DNA of 64,000 bases from NCBI GenBank assembly GCA_964616075.1, contig CAZTRA010000003.1, positions 26,075-90,074 on the forward strand, written 5' to 3'. The notes under the pieces are model-generated. The model did not search any database. It worked only from the letters and a program-made list of their open reading frames with translations, and was not told the origin of the DNA. The DNA is from an uncultured Candidatus Saccharibacteria bacterium (GTDB lineage: Bacteria > Patescibacteriota > Minisyncoccia > Phycocordibacterales > DSPV01). Made by a program: the position numbers and the translations under genes. This document shows positions 45,957-55,333 of the stretch, one piece after another (within the stretch, counting starts at the first letter, position 1; each line of letters begins with the position of its first letter).

Positions 45957-48152
45957 ATGCAAAAAAAAGAATATTCACTGGCGGTTGCTGATAAAGTCAT
46001 TACCGTTGAGTTCAACGATCTTGCTGAACAAGCTACAGGCTCAGTCATTGTCAAACAAGGCGACACCGTTGTTTTAATTACTGCGGTCATGGCGAAACAA
46101 AAAAAGGACGCCGATTTTTTCCCATTAACAGTTGATTACGAGGAGCGTTTCTATGCCGCGGGACAAATCCTCGGATCACGTTTCATTAGAAGAGAAGGGC
46201 GTCCCACTGAGGAAGCGGTACTCTCTGGTCGCATCGTTGATCGCACCATCCGACCACTCTTTGCACAACACATTCGTAATGAGATCCAAGTCGTTGTTAC
46301 TATTCTCTCTTTAGGAGCATACGACCCAGACGTCTTATCTGTTATTGGTGCATCACTTGCACTCTCCACGTCATCAATCCCATTCAATGGACCGGTCTCG
46401 GCGGTACGTATCGGTAAAAAAGTTGGGGTTGATGAATTACTCATCAACCCGACATACGAAACACGTCACGCTGACGACTTTGAATTTGACCTACTTGCCT
46501 GTGGCAAAGATGGTCTCATCAATATGATTGAGGTTGGAGGCAAAGAAGTATCTGAAGAACTCATCAACAAAGCGTTAACACTCGCCTCAAAAGAGATCGA
46601 GCATATTCAAACATTCCAAACAAAGATTATCTCAGAGATTGGTGTCAAAAAAACAGTGATTGAAAAACCTATCGAGCCTCCTCTCATGCGTACACTTTTT
46701 ACTGAACATATTGAACCAAAATTAAAAACAGCAATATGTTCCGGGCCTGGTAAAAAAAGTATCGATGAACTCGAAACTGAATGGATTGATCTCTTTAAAA
46801 AAACACTACCGGACGAAAATCCCTCGCTTGCTGCTCACTATTTTGAAGAAGCGGTAAATAATGTTATTCACGATGAAGCAATCGACAATAACATTCGCCC
46901 TGATGGTAGAGGTTTTGACGACATCCGTCCCCTATTCGCACAAGCCGGAGGTATTTCATCACTCCTTCATGGGTCAGGTATTTTTTATCGTGGTGGCACA
47001 CACATCCTCTCAGTGCTTACCCTTGGCGGACCAGGAGATATTCAAATTGTTGAGGGCATGGAAATACAAACAAAGAAACGTTTTATGCACCACTACAACT
47101 TCCCACCATTCTCAACTGGAGAAACAGGACGCATCGGCTCTACTAATCGTCGCATGATCGGACATGGCGCCTTAGCTGAAAAAGCACTCATTCCTGTACT
47201 ACCACCAAAAGACACCTTCCCATACACAATTCGCATCGTCTCTGAAGCGCTCGCATCAAATGGATCAACATCAATGGGTAGTGTTTGTGGTTCAACGCTC
47301 GCACTCATGGATGCTGGTGTACCGATCACGCGACCAGTGGCAGGTATTGCTTCCGGCCTGATGATGCGATCACCGCAAGAGTACAAAGTACTCACTGACA
47401 TACAAGGACCAGAAGACCATCATGGTGACATGGACTTTAAAGTTGCCGGCACACGAGAAGGGGTAACCGCGGTACAAATGGATGTGAAGGTGAATGGAAT
47501 ACCACTCTTTATTCTCGTCGAAGCATTTGAGAAAGCAAAATCTGCTCGCCTCCGAATCCTCGATGTTATTGAAAAAGAAATTGCCACACCCCGAGCAGAC
47601 ATATCACCAAACGCACCAAAAATTCTAACAATAAAAATAAGACCTGATCAGATCGGGTTAGTGATCGGCACAGGAGGAAAAACCATCAACGAAATTGCTG
47701 AAAAAACTGGCGCAACTGTCGATATTGAAGATGATGGTACTGTCTTCTTTACTGGTAAGAACGGCGGTGCTGAAGCGGCAAAAGCGATCGTCGAAAGCAT
47801 GACACGTGAATACAAAGCAGGCGAGCGTTTCACCGGAACAGTAACTCGCTTTCTTGATTTTGGTGCCTTTGTAAAAATCGGACCAAACGCAGAAGGTCTC
47901 GTACACGTATCTGAAATTGCTCCGTGGCGAGTTGATCGAGTAACAAGTCTTTTGCAAGAAGGAGAAGAGGTGCCAATCATCATTAAAGAAGTTGATGATA
48001 AAGGAAGATTGAACCTTTCTATTGTCCAAGCAGATCCTTTATGGGCAGAGCGCAAATTAGGAGGAAGACCAGCAGACGCGACCACACACGCATCTCGACA
48101 ACCCCGTAGAGACGGATCTCCACGATATGGCGGACACGGACACCGTCACTAG
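45957..48152 (+). CDS. pnp: Polyribonucleotide nucleotidyltransferase
   Basis: FFPLTVDYEE, RPDGR, HYNFPPFS.GE, SNGSTSM.S, GDMDFKVAGT, KH and S1 domains. Confidence 0.99.
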   Translation: MQKKEYSLAVADKVITVEFNDLAEQATGSVIVKQGDTVVLITAVMAKQKKDADFFPLTVDYEERFYAAGQILGSRFIRREGRPTEEAVLSGRIVDRTIRPLFAQHIRNEIQVVVTILSLGAYDPDVLSVIGASLALSTSSIPFNGPVSAVRIGKKVGVDELLINPTYETRHADDFEFDLLACGKDGLINMIEVGGKEVSEELINKALTLASKEIEHIQTFQTKIISEIGVKKTVIEKPIEPPLMRTLFTEHIEPKLKTAICSGPGKKSIDELETEWIDLFKKTLPDENPSLAAHYFEEAVNNVIHDEAIDNNIRPDGRGFDDIRPLFAQAGGISSLLHGSGIFYRGGTHILSVLTLGGPGDIQIVEGMEIQTKKRFMHHYNFPPFSTGETGRIGSTNRRMIGHGALAEKALIPVLPPKDTFPYTIRIVSEALASNGSTSMGSVCGSTLALMDAGVPITRPVAGIASGLMMRSPQEYKVLTDIQGPEDHHGDMDFKVAGTREGVTAVQMDVKVNGIPLFILVEAFEKAKSARLRILDVIEKEIATPRADISPNAPKILTIKIRPDQIGLVIGTGGKTINEIAEKTGATVDIEDDGTVFFTGKNGGAEAAKAIVESMTREYKAGERFTGTVTRFLDFGAFVKIGPNAEGLVHVSEIAPWRVDRVTSLLQEGEEVPIIIKEVDDKGRLNLSIVQADPLWAERKLGGRPADATTHASRQPRRDGSPRYGGHGHRH

Positions 48153-48174
48153 AAACACCCCTCCCCACATACAC

Positions 48175-48216
48175 AAAAAACACCCGATGCTACAATACAC
48201 ACATCAGGTGTTTTTT
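48175..48216 (+). terminator. Terminator after pnp
   Basis: AAAAAACACC-C-GATG...CATC-A-GGTGTTTTTT. Confidence 0.65.
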
Positions 48217-48225
48217 ATATTGACT

Positions 48226-49173
48226 ATGCCTCCTCAAATCAACACATCTCCAGAAGACAAAAAACTAAATCAACACATACGGCCACTTCGAACGTTTCAA
48301 GACGATATGACTGAATTAATTGAGAAACAAGGAACTTCCATGAACGACATTTTGCTTGCGGAACAAACACGCCGTATCAATCGTGAAACACAAAGTATTG
48401 TTTCTGAAAAAAATGGTACATCATCATTCTTAGTACAACATAAAAGATTAATACTACTCACTGGGGGAATATTGATTATAGTCGGTGCACTTGTATTGTT
48501 TCTCGTGTTCTTCTTTGAAACAAAGAGCGGTGGTACAAATCTCATACCAAACACTGTCACTAAAACACCGTCACTCATTCCGATAGACACAGAGCGTACA
48601 ATATCCATCGCTACTCTTGATAAAAAAACAATACTTGAAGCAGTTGAGATGCGCCGACGATCAATAACACAATCATTGGGAAAAGTTGAAGGAATTCGTT
48701 TTGTTATCGGCACAGAAAAACAGGGGATTCCAATAACCACACATACATTTATACAAACCATTGCACCTCAACTACCTAGTACATTTGTACGAATCCTTGA
48801 ACCAGAATTCTTTTTTGGCATCACCCAAACGGGGTATCGAGAAACGTTTTTAATTATGAAAATAAAATCATTTCACACTGGTTTCTCAACAATGCTCGAT
48901 TGGGAACCAAAACTCTTAGATGACCTGTCGACACTACTTGCCCGTCTTGATAGTGCCGCATATCGATCAGTTACAAAACAAGGGGCTCCAGTACCAACAA
49001 TGTTCACCGATGAACTGTTTAAAAATCATAGTGTTCGTGTATCAAAAGATGCATCAGGCGCCACATCAATCATATATACCCTCATTAATCGAGATACAAT
49101 TGTTATTGCGAGCAGCGAATTATCTCTCGACGAAGCGCTCGATCGCTTGTCTGCCCGACGAACAATCCAATAA
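48226..49173 (+). CDS. Hypothetical single-pass membrane protein, CPR-type (ORF track start 48127)
   Basis: LRTFQDD N-terminal motif, TM, ML.WE motif in extracellular domain. Confidence 0.8.
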   Translation: MPPQINTSPEDKKLNQHIRPLRTFQDDMTELIEKQGTSMNDILLAEQTRRINRETQSIVSEKNGTSSFLVQHKRLILLTGGILIIVGALVLFLVFFFETKSGGTNLIPNTVTKTPSLIPIDTERTISIATLDKKTILEAVEMRRRSITQSLGKVEGIRFVIGTEKQGIPITTHTFIQTIAPQLPSTFVRILEPEFFFGITQTGYRETFLIMKIKSFHTGFSTMLDWEPKLLDDLSTLLARLDSAAYRSVTKQGAPVPTMFTDELFKNHSVRVSKDASGATSIIYTLINRDTIVIASSELSLDEALDRLSARRTIQ

Positions 49174-49211
49174 CACTCCTCGCGCACCTTTTTTTGGTTT
49201 ATACTACGATC

Positions 49212-49577
49212 ATGAATACATCAACATTCAAAAAACAACTTGAGGTAGAATTTGCAGAACTTGAAAAAGAACTCTCTTCTGTTGGGAGACTCGATGAAGG
49301 AAATAAAATTGATTGGGTACCAAAACGCGATGACGCTAATATTGACACTGCCGACCGAGACGCTATTGCTGACTCCCTTGGGTCACTCGATGGAAATACT
49401 GCTATCCTCTCTGATCTTGAAATTCGCTACAACGAAATTAAAAAAGCTCTCGCAAGAATTGAGGATGGAACCTATGGTACCTGCATAATTAATGAACCGC
49501 ACCCAATTGAAACAGACCGTCTCACTGCTAATCCTGCAGCCACAACTTGTAAGATCCACCGGGAAGAACACCCCTAG
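49212..49577 (+). CDS. DksA/TraR-family zinc-finger protein
   Basis: Coiled coil, IKKALARIEDGTYGTC, I...RL.ANP.ATTC..H. Confidence 0.88.
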   Translation: MNTSTFKKQLEVEFAELEKELSSVGRLDEGNKIDWVPKRDDANIDTADRDAIADSLGSLDGNTAILSDLEIRYNEIKKALARIEDGTYGTCIINEPHPIETDRLTANPAATTCKIHREEHP

Positions 49578-49589
49578 ATAAATGCCGGT

Positions 49590-51119
49590 ATGGGATTTGC
49601 AAAAGTACACAGTGCCCAACCGATACTCCTCAACGCACACCTTGTGAGTGTTGAGGCCGATGTCTCCTCTGGACTCTTTGCATTCTCAATTGTTGGACTT
49701 CCTGATAAGGCAGTGGAAGAAGCGCGAGATCGAGTTGCGGCTGCAATCAAAAATTCTGGTTTCAAATCACCAAAACAGCAAAATAATAAAGTGATCATTT
49801 CCCTCGCACCAGCATCACTTAAAAAAGAAGGGCCAGCATTTGATGTGCCAATTGCACTATCATATCTACTCGCCACCAAAGATATTTCTTTCTCACCTGA
49901 AAAAAAATTATTCCTTGGCGAGCTCGCACTTGATGGGAACATTCGTCCGATCATTGGAGTACTACCCGCTGTACGAGAAGCAGAAAAAAACGGATTCACC
50001 GAAATATACCTCCCAAAAGAAAACATTGAAGAAGCATCGCTCATTAAAAACATCACACTCTTTCCAGTACCATCTCTGGCCGCACTCATCAACCATCTCT
50101 CCGGAAAATCACCCCTCACACCACACACACAAACACGTCCCTCTGATTACAAAGAAAACAATGAAACATTGTATGACCTATCAGAAATTAGAGGACAAGA
50201 ACATGCAAAACGTGGATTATTAATCGCCGCCGCAGGCGGACATAACGTCGCCATGTACGGACCACCCGGTACAGGAAAAACAATGCTCGCACGTGCATTC
50301 ATTGGTTTACTACCACCCCTCTCTCCAGAAGACGCCCTCGATGTGACCTCAATCCACTCCGTTGCCGGGATGTTACACAATGCACTTATCACCCATCCAC
50401 CACTGCGCACACCTCACCATACAGCAAGCTATGTTTCACTAGTTGGGGGTGGGAGTACAATAAAACCAGGAGAAGTGACTTTGGCGCACAAAGGAGTTTT
50501 ATTTCTTGATGAATTTCCCGAATTTGAACGTCGTGTTATTAATGCGTTGCGACAACCACTTGAAGACCGCGTCATCTCTCTTAGCCGTGCAAAAGGTTCT
50601 GCAACGTTTCCTGCTGATTTTATTTTAATTGCCGCAATGAACCCGTGCCCTTGTGGAAATTTTGGCACGAAAGGAAAAGCATGCATATGTTCTGCTGCAA
50701 CAATTTCTCGTTATAAATCAAAATTATCAGGACCTATTATAGATCGCATTGATCTATGGCTCGAAGTGGGACCAATTGACCATGCGTTACTTTTAGAAAA
50801 AACATCCACACAAAAGGAAAGTGCACGGGCACGGGAATGTGTCATCCGCGCACGAATGAGACAATACGAACGTGCAAAAAAATGTGGTCTTACACGGGCA
50901 GCAAACGCAAACCTTAGAGCAAAAGATCTACACGCTGTTCTCATGATTACCGACGAAGCAAAAAAAGTTTTGAATACAATTGCAATAAAACTAAATCTCT
51001 CAGCCCGTGCCTACCATCGCATCGCAAAGTTGGGACGTACAATTGCCGATATAGAGGGCAGCGAAACATTATTACCCGAACACCTTCTCGAGGCAGCCCA
51101 GTACCGACCAAAACAGTGA
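49590..51119 (+). CDS. comM: ComM/YifB Mg-chelatase-like AAA+ ATPase
   Basis: IVGLPD.AV.EARDRV, GPPGTGKTMLA, PHH.AS, PGE.TLAH.GVLFLDE, MNPCPCG, LSARAYHR. Confidence 0.95.
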   Translation: MGFAKVHSAQPILLNAHLVSVEADVSSGLFAFSIVGLPDKAVEEARDRVAAAIKNSGFKSPKQQNNKVIISLAPASLKKEGPAFDVPIALSYLLATKDISFSPEKKLFLGELALDGNIRPIIGVLPAVREAEKNGFTEIYLPKENIEEASLIKNITLFPVPSLAALINHLSGKSPLTPHTQTRPSDYKENNETLYDLSEIRGQEHAKRGLLIAAAGGHNVAMYGPPGTGKTMLARAFIGLLPPLSPEDALDVTSIHSVAGMLHNALITHPPLRTPHHTASYVSLVGGGSTIKPGEVTLAHKGVLFLDEFPEFERRVINALRQPLEDRVISLSRAKGSATFPADFILIAAMNPCPCGNFGTKGKACICSAATISRYKSKLSGPIIDRIDLWLEVGPIDHALLLEKTSTQKESARARECVIRARMRQYERAKKCGLTRAANANLRAKDLHAVLMITDEAKKVLNTIAIKLNLSARAYHRIAKLGRTIADIEGSETLLPEHLLEAAQYRPKQ

Positions 51120-51174
51120 TTGAAAACACTCCCTAAACAAAGTAACCACTAGCCAACAAAAAAAGAACTCGGCA

Positions 51175-52239
51175 CTATCGAGCAAACGGATTCTTAGCAC
51201 CACGAACTTCAAAATGCAGGTGTGGTCCAGTAGAACGTCCTGTTGACCCTGAATATCCAATAAGTTGTCCTTGAGCAACCTCAACCCCTTCACGTGTCGC
51301 CAAACGATCAAGGTGCGCATACAATGTTTGAGTCCCGTTGGGATGCGCAACAACTATGTAATTTCCATAGCCACCATTCCAACCACTTCCACGAGCCACA
51401 ATAACAACACCCCCCGCCGAAGCAACGATCGTAGTGCCGCGGGGAGCTGCAAGATCAACTCCATTATATCCATGAAGACCTTGTGAAATAGTTCCACCAT
51501 ACACCGGACGAATATAATAATCACCCAAATCAGGACCACCTGCGCCACGAATTTTTGATGTAACCGTGCGCGTTACTGATGTTGTAAACATCTTTTTACC
51601 ATTAGGGACCAGAATCTCTTCCCCGAGAGCAAGCACTGAGTGAGCAGAAATATTATTAAACTGGGCAATTTCTGTTATATCCCCTTTATATTGTTTCGCA
51701 ATTGATTGCAACGTATCACCTTTCTTTACAGTATGAAGCACTCCATTAATCGGCAAAATAACCAATGTCTGACCCTCGTGAATAACCCCATTCTTAATAT
51801 CATTCGCCCAAATAACCGTATTCACAGAAACATTGAACGCAGTAGCGATTGCCGAGAGTGTATCTCCTTTACGAACCACATAGACCACAACCTGATCAGA
51901 AACCGGGGGACTATCGACTGTATCCGCAAGCGTACCCGAGGGTCCACTCTCCGGCATTAACGCTGAACCAACAATCATAATATCACCACCACCCCGCGCA
52001 AAAGATTGACTTGATGATAATACTGCTTGCAACAAAGCAAGGTTTTGAGAATTAAGGGATTCATCCAACACAGCAACTTCGAGTGTTTCTGATCGAGTTG
52101 GAGCAAAAAAATCACTAATAGCCGTCAACAATCTAGCCTCGGCCGGGAGTGCCGGGAAAAAGAACGGGATTATAAACACACCCCATACATTTTTTTTCCC
52201 AATAGCTATGTAGCGAAAGAAGAAAGATTTCATCATCAT
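51175..52239 (-). CDS. LysM + M23 peptidoglycan endopeptidase
   Basis: Two LysM (YVVRKGDTLS, HTVKKGDTL), H..GVD, TLYAHL, STGPHLHFEV. Confidence 0.95.
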   Translation of the reverse strand: MMMKSFFFRYIAIGKKNVWGVFIIPFFFPALPAEARLLTAISDFFAPTRSETLEVAVLDESLNSQNLALLQAVLSSSQSFARGGGDIMIVGSALMPESGPSGTLADTVDSPPVSDQVVVYVVRKGDTLSAIATAFNVSVNTVIWANDIKNGVIHEGQTLVILPINGVLHTVKKGDTLQSIAKQYKGDITEIAQFNNISAHSVLALGEEILVPNGKKMFTTSVTRTVTSKIRGAGGPDLGDYYIRPVYGGTISQGLHGYNGVDLAAPRGTTIVASAGGVVIVARGSGWNGGYGNYIVVAHPNGTQTLYAHLDRLATREGVEVAQGQLIGYSGSTGRSTGPHLHFEVRGAKNPFAR

Positions 52240-52310
52240 CTCTTTTTCACCTTTTGATGCAGAAGTAAAAATACGGCTCTGTTTAAGGAATAATCAGTAT
52301 TTCATGAAAT

Positions 52311-52472
52311 ATATGGCTTAATGAAGCCATATTAAAGATCCGTTTCATCTAACTCAACCACTATATCTACCCCGTTTGGTGGAGTCAATGTTTTGTAATA
52401 CCCATTGTGGATAACATATATAAAATATAGCCTTGTTAAGCCGTATATTTTATGATTGGCTCTGTATGGCTA
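52311..52472. promoter_or_regulatory. Cluster of TGGCTT-N4-AAGCCA-like palindromes with a DnaA box in the divergent intergenic region
   Basis: ATATGGCTTAATGAAGCCATAT (52311), TAGCCT-TGTT-AAGCCG (52428), TGGCTC-TGTA-TGGCTA (52457); TGTGGATAA at 52406-52414. Confidence 0.5.
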
Positions 52473-52521
52473 TAAAAAATGGGTTATAAAATGAAATTTG
52501 CTATACTTTCTGTTCGAACCA

Positions 52522-54426
52522 ATGGAATCCTATCTTCAAGAACTCAATGAACAGCAACGTAAAGCAGTACTTACAACGACTGGACCGCTCCTTGTTGTTG
52601 CCGGAGCAGGAGCCGGTAAAACAAAAACTATTGCACATAGAATACTACATTTAGTCAAGACCTTAGTACCGGCATCTTCAATACTTGCTATAACATTTAC
52701 TAATAAAGCCGCAAAAGAGATGCGGGAGCGTGTAACAAGGTTATTAGGTGAAGAAAAAAATGGCCCAACCATAGCAACGTTTCATTCTCTAGGAGTTCGT
52801 TTGTTAAAAGAATTTGGCTCTGACATCAATATACCTCGAGGATTTGTCATCTTTGATCGTGATGACGCAAAACGAGCAATAAAAGCTGCACTTGAGTCAC
52901 TTTCAATCGACCCAAAACGATACGAGCCGGCAAAACTACTTTCCGCCATATCGAAAGCAAAAGGGGAGGGGAGAAATGCGCATGACTATCGTGCACGAGC
53001 ACAAAGTTCTTTTGGAGATATTGTCTCTCAAGTATACGCACGTTATGAGTCCATATTGAAAGAAGAAGGTGGGCTTGATTTTGATGACCTTCTACTTAAA
53101 ACAGCAGAGCTATTAAGTTCTTCAAAAAGTCGTGCAAGAGAGATACTTCTGAAACGTTTTACCCATATACATATTGATGAGTACCAGGATACTAATATGA
53201 TCCAGTATATGATCGCCAAACAACTCGTCGGCCCTGAAAAAAATATCTGTGTTGTAGGCGACAGTGATCAATCCATATATGGCTGGCGGGGTGCAAACAT
53301 ACACAACATACTAGATTTTGAAAAAGATTTTCCCGAAACAACCGTAGTACTTCTTGAACAAAATTACCGTTCTACAAAGACTATTCTTGCTGCGGCAACC
53401 GCTATTATTGAAAAAAATGAACTACGGAAAGAAAAACGACTGTTTACCAACAACACTGAAGGAGAAAAAATTGGTTTATATGTCGGATATGACGAAGAAG
53501 ATGAAGCTATGTTTGTTGCCCAAAAAACATCCGCCTACATTGCGCGAGGAGTAGCACCAGAAAATATTGCGATATTATATCGTGCAAATTTTCAATCACG
53601 TGTACTTGAACAAGCACTATTGAAAGCACATGTACCATACCAACTAGTTGGCACTCGTTTCTTTGAACGCAAAGAAGTAAAAGACGCTCTTTCATATCTG
53701 CGTCTCGCCCTACTCACAGAAAACGGTATGGACTTACGACGCGTACTTAATGTCCCCACACGAGGTCTTGGAAAAGTTACACTCCTAACCATTATCGAAA
53801 AAAGAGAGCACGAACTTTCTCCCGCAGCTACAAAAAAACTTGCAGATTTTCGAAACCTACTCCGTAGAGTGAAAGAAAAAAGTTTAACTGAATCAACATC
53901 AAAGACTGTACGCTACCTTCTTGAAGAAAGCGGCTTATTTGTACTTTATCAAAAGGGGAAAGGTGAGGATATTGAACACCTTGAAAACCTCAAGGAGTTG
54001 GTAAGTGTTGCTACACAATATGACCATTATCCTACCGGCGAAGGAATTCACCGCCTCATCGAAGATGCAGCCCTCATGAGCGACCAAGATGAACTGTCTG
54101 AGAAAAAACAGGGGGTTAAACTTATGACCATACACGCCGCCAAAGGACTCGAATTTGATATTGTATTTGTAACTGGCCTTGAAGAAGGTTTGTTCCCTCA
54201 TGACGGAAACGGGAACAAAACAAAAGAAGAACAGGAAGAAGAACGACGACTTGCCTACGTTGCAGTCACACGTTCTAAGAAAAAACTTATTCTTACTTAT
54301 GCAGGAGTACGTACAATTTTTGGCCTACGAAACACAACAGTCCCTTCAATATTCCTATCAGATATTGACGACTTACTCATTGAAGCAGAAGACTCGGGGA
54401 GTGGGTTCCATACAATTTATATGTAA
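52522..54426 (+). CDS. pcrA: ATP-dependent DNA helicase PcrA/UvrD (ORF track start 52498)
   Basis: AGAGAGKT, TFTNKAA, DEYQDTN, VGD.DQSIYGWRGA, QNYRS, TIHAAKGLEF, EERRL.YVA.TR. Confidence 0.97.
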   Translation: MESYLQELNEQQRKAVLTTTGPLLVVAGAGAGKTKTIAHRILHLVKTLVPASSILAITFTNKAAKEMRERVTRLLGEEKNGPTIATFHSLGVRLLKEFGSDINIPRGFVIFDRDDAKRAIKAALESLSIDPKRYEPAKLLSAISKAKGEGRNAHDYRARAQSSFGDIVSQVYARYESILKEEGGLDFDDLLLKTAELLSSSKSRAREILLKRFTHIHIDEYQDTNMIQYMIAKQLVGPEKNICVVGDSDQSIYGWRGANIHNILDFEKDFPETTVVLLEQNYRSTKTILAAATAIIEKNELRKEKRLFTNNTEGEKIGLYVGYDEEDEAMFVAQKTSAYIARGVAPENIAILYRANFQSRVLEQALLKAHVPYQLVGTRFFERKEVKDALSYLRLALLTENGMDLRRVLNVPTRGLGKVTLLTIIEKREHELSPAATKKLADFRNLLRRVKEKSLTESTSKTVRYLLEESGLFVLYQKGKGEDIEHLENLKELVSVATQYDHYPTGEGIHRLIEDAALMSDQDELSEKKQGVKLMTIHAAKGLEFDIVFVTGLEEGLFPHDGNGNKTKEEQEEERRLAYVAVTRSKKKLILTYAGVRTIFGLRNTTVPSIFLSDIDDLLIEAEDSGSGFHTIYM

Positions 54427-54472
54427 TGATGTACGTGCCACCTAAAGATTGATACACTCGATATTACCAAAC

Positions 54473-55333
54473 ATGACTACACAAGAAACACCATTTGAAC
54501 CTGCAAAAAAATCCTTGGGGCAACACTTTCTCACCAACCCTGCCATTGCCACCAGTATCACCGAAGCAGCAGAAGTATCATCTCGAGACACTGTTGTTGA
54601 GATTGGACCTGGAAGAGGCATACTCACCAAAGCACTGATTCCCGTGGCACGAGATATAATTGCAATTGAAAAAGATGAGCGCCTCTTATTTCGTTTGTCG
54701 TTCGACTTTAAAAAAGAAATTACTGAAAAAAAACTTATTCTAATAAGAGATGACGCCCTCAATTTTAATCCTCAACAATACCATCTCCAACCAAGGGGGT
54801 ATAAACTTGTCGCTAATATTCCGTACTACATTACTGGTGCAATTATCAGAAAATTCCTTGGAGAACCAACATACCCAAATACCATGACACTCATGATTCA
54901 AAAAGAGGTTGCCGATCGTATTGTTGCAAAGAAAAAAAAGGAAAGCCTCCTCTCTATTGCTGTAAAAGTGTACGGTGAACCACGCTACATACAGACAATA
55001 AAAGCGGGAGCATTTTCACCTCCTCCTTCAGTTGATTCGGCAATCATTTCAATAAAAAATATCTCTCACGAGTATTTTAAAACAACTGACTCGAATATAT
55101 TTTTTACCATTGTACGTACAGGTTTTGCCCAAAAAAGAAAACAGCTTATTTCAAATCTATCCCGTATCATTGATAAAAACTACGTGCGCATAGCCCTGCA
55201 ATCAGCAACATTACCAGAAAATATTCGCGCTGAGGACGTGTCTCTTGAAAATTGGAAAATAATTATCTCCCAACTTGTTCCTTATTTTAAAAAAGAAACC
55301 ACGTTACAATCCAAAACCCCTCATATACTCTGA
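54473..55333 (+). CDS. rsmA: 16S rRNA dimethyladenosine transferase (ORF track start 54449)
   Basis: KKSLGQHFL, VEIGPG.G, ANIPYYIT, QKEVA.R, F.P.P.VDS. Confidence 0.97.
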   Translation: MTTQETPFEPAKKSLGQHFLTNPAIATSITEAAEVSSRDTVVEIGPGRGILTKALIPVARDIIAIEKDERLLFRLSFDFKKEITEKKLILIRDDALNFNPQQYHLQPRGYKLVANIPYYITGAIIRKFLGEPTYPNTMTLMIQKEVADRIVAKKKKESLLSIAVKVYGEPRYIQTIKAGAFSPPPSVDSAIISIKNISHEYFKTTDSNIFFTIVRTGFAQKRKQLISNLSRIIDKNYVRIALQSATLPENIRAEDVSLENWKIIISQLVPYFKKETTLQSKTPHIL

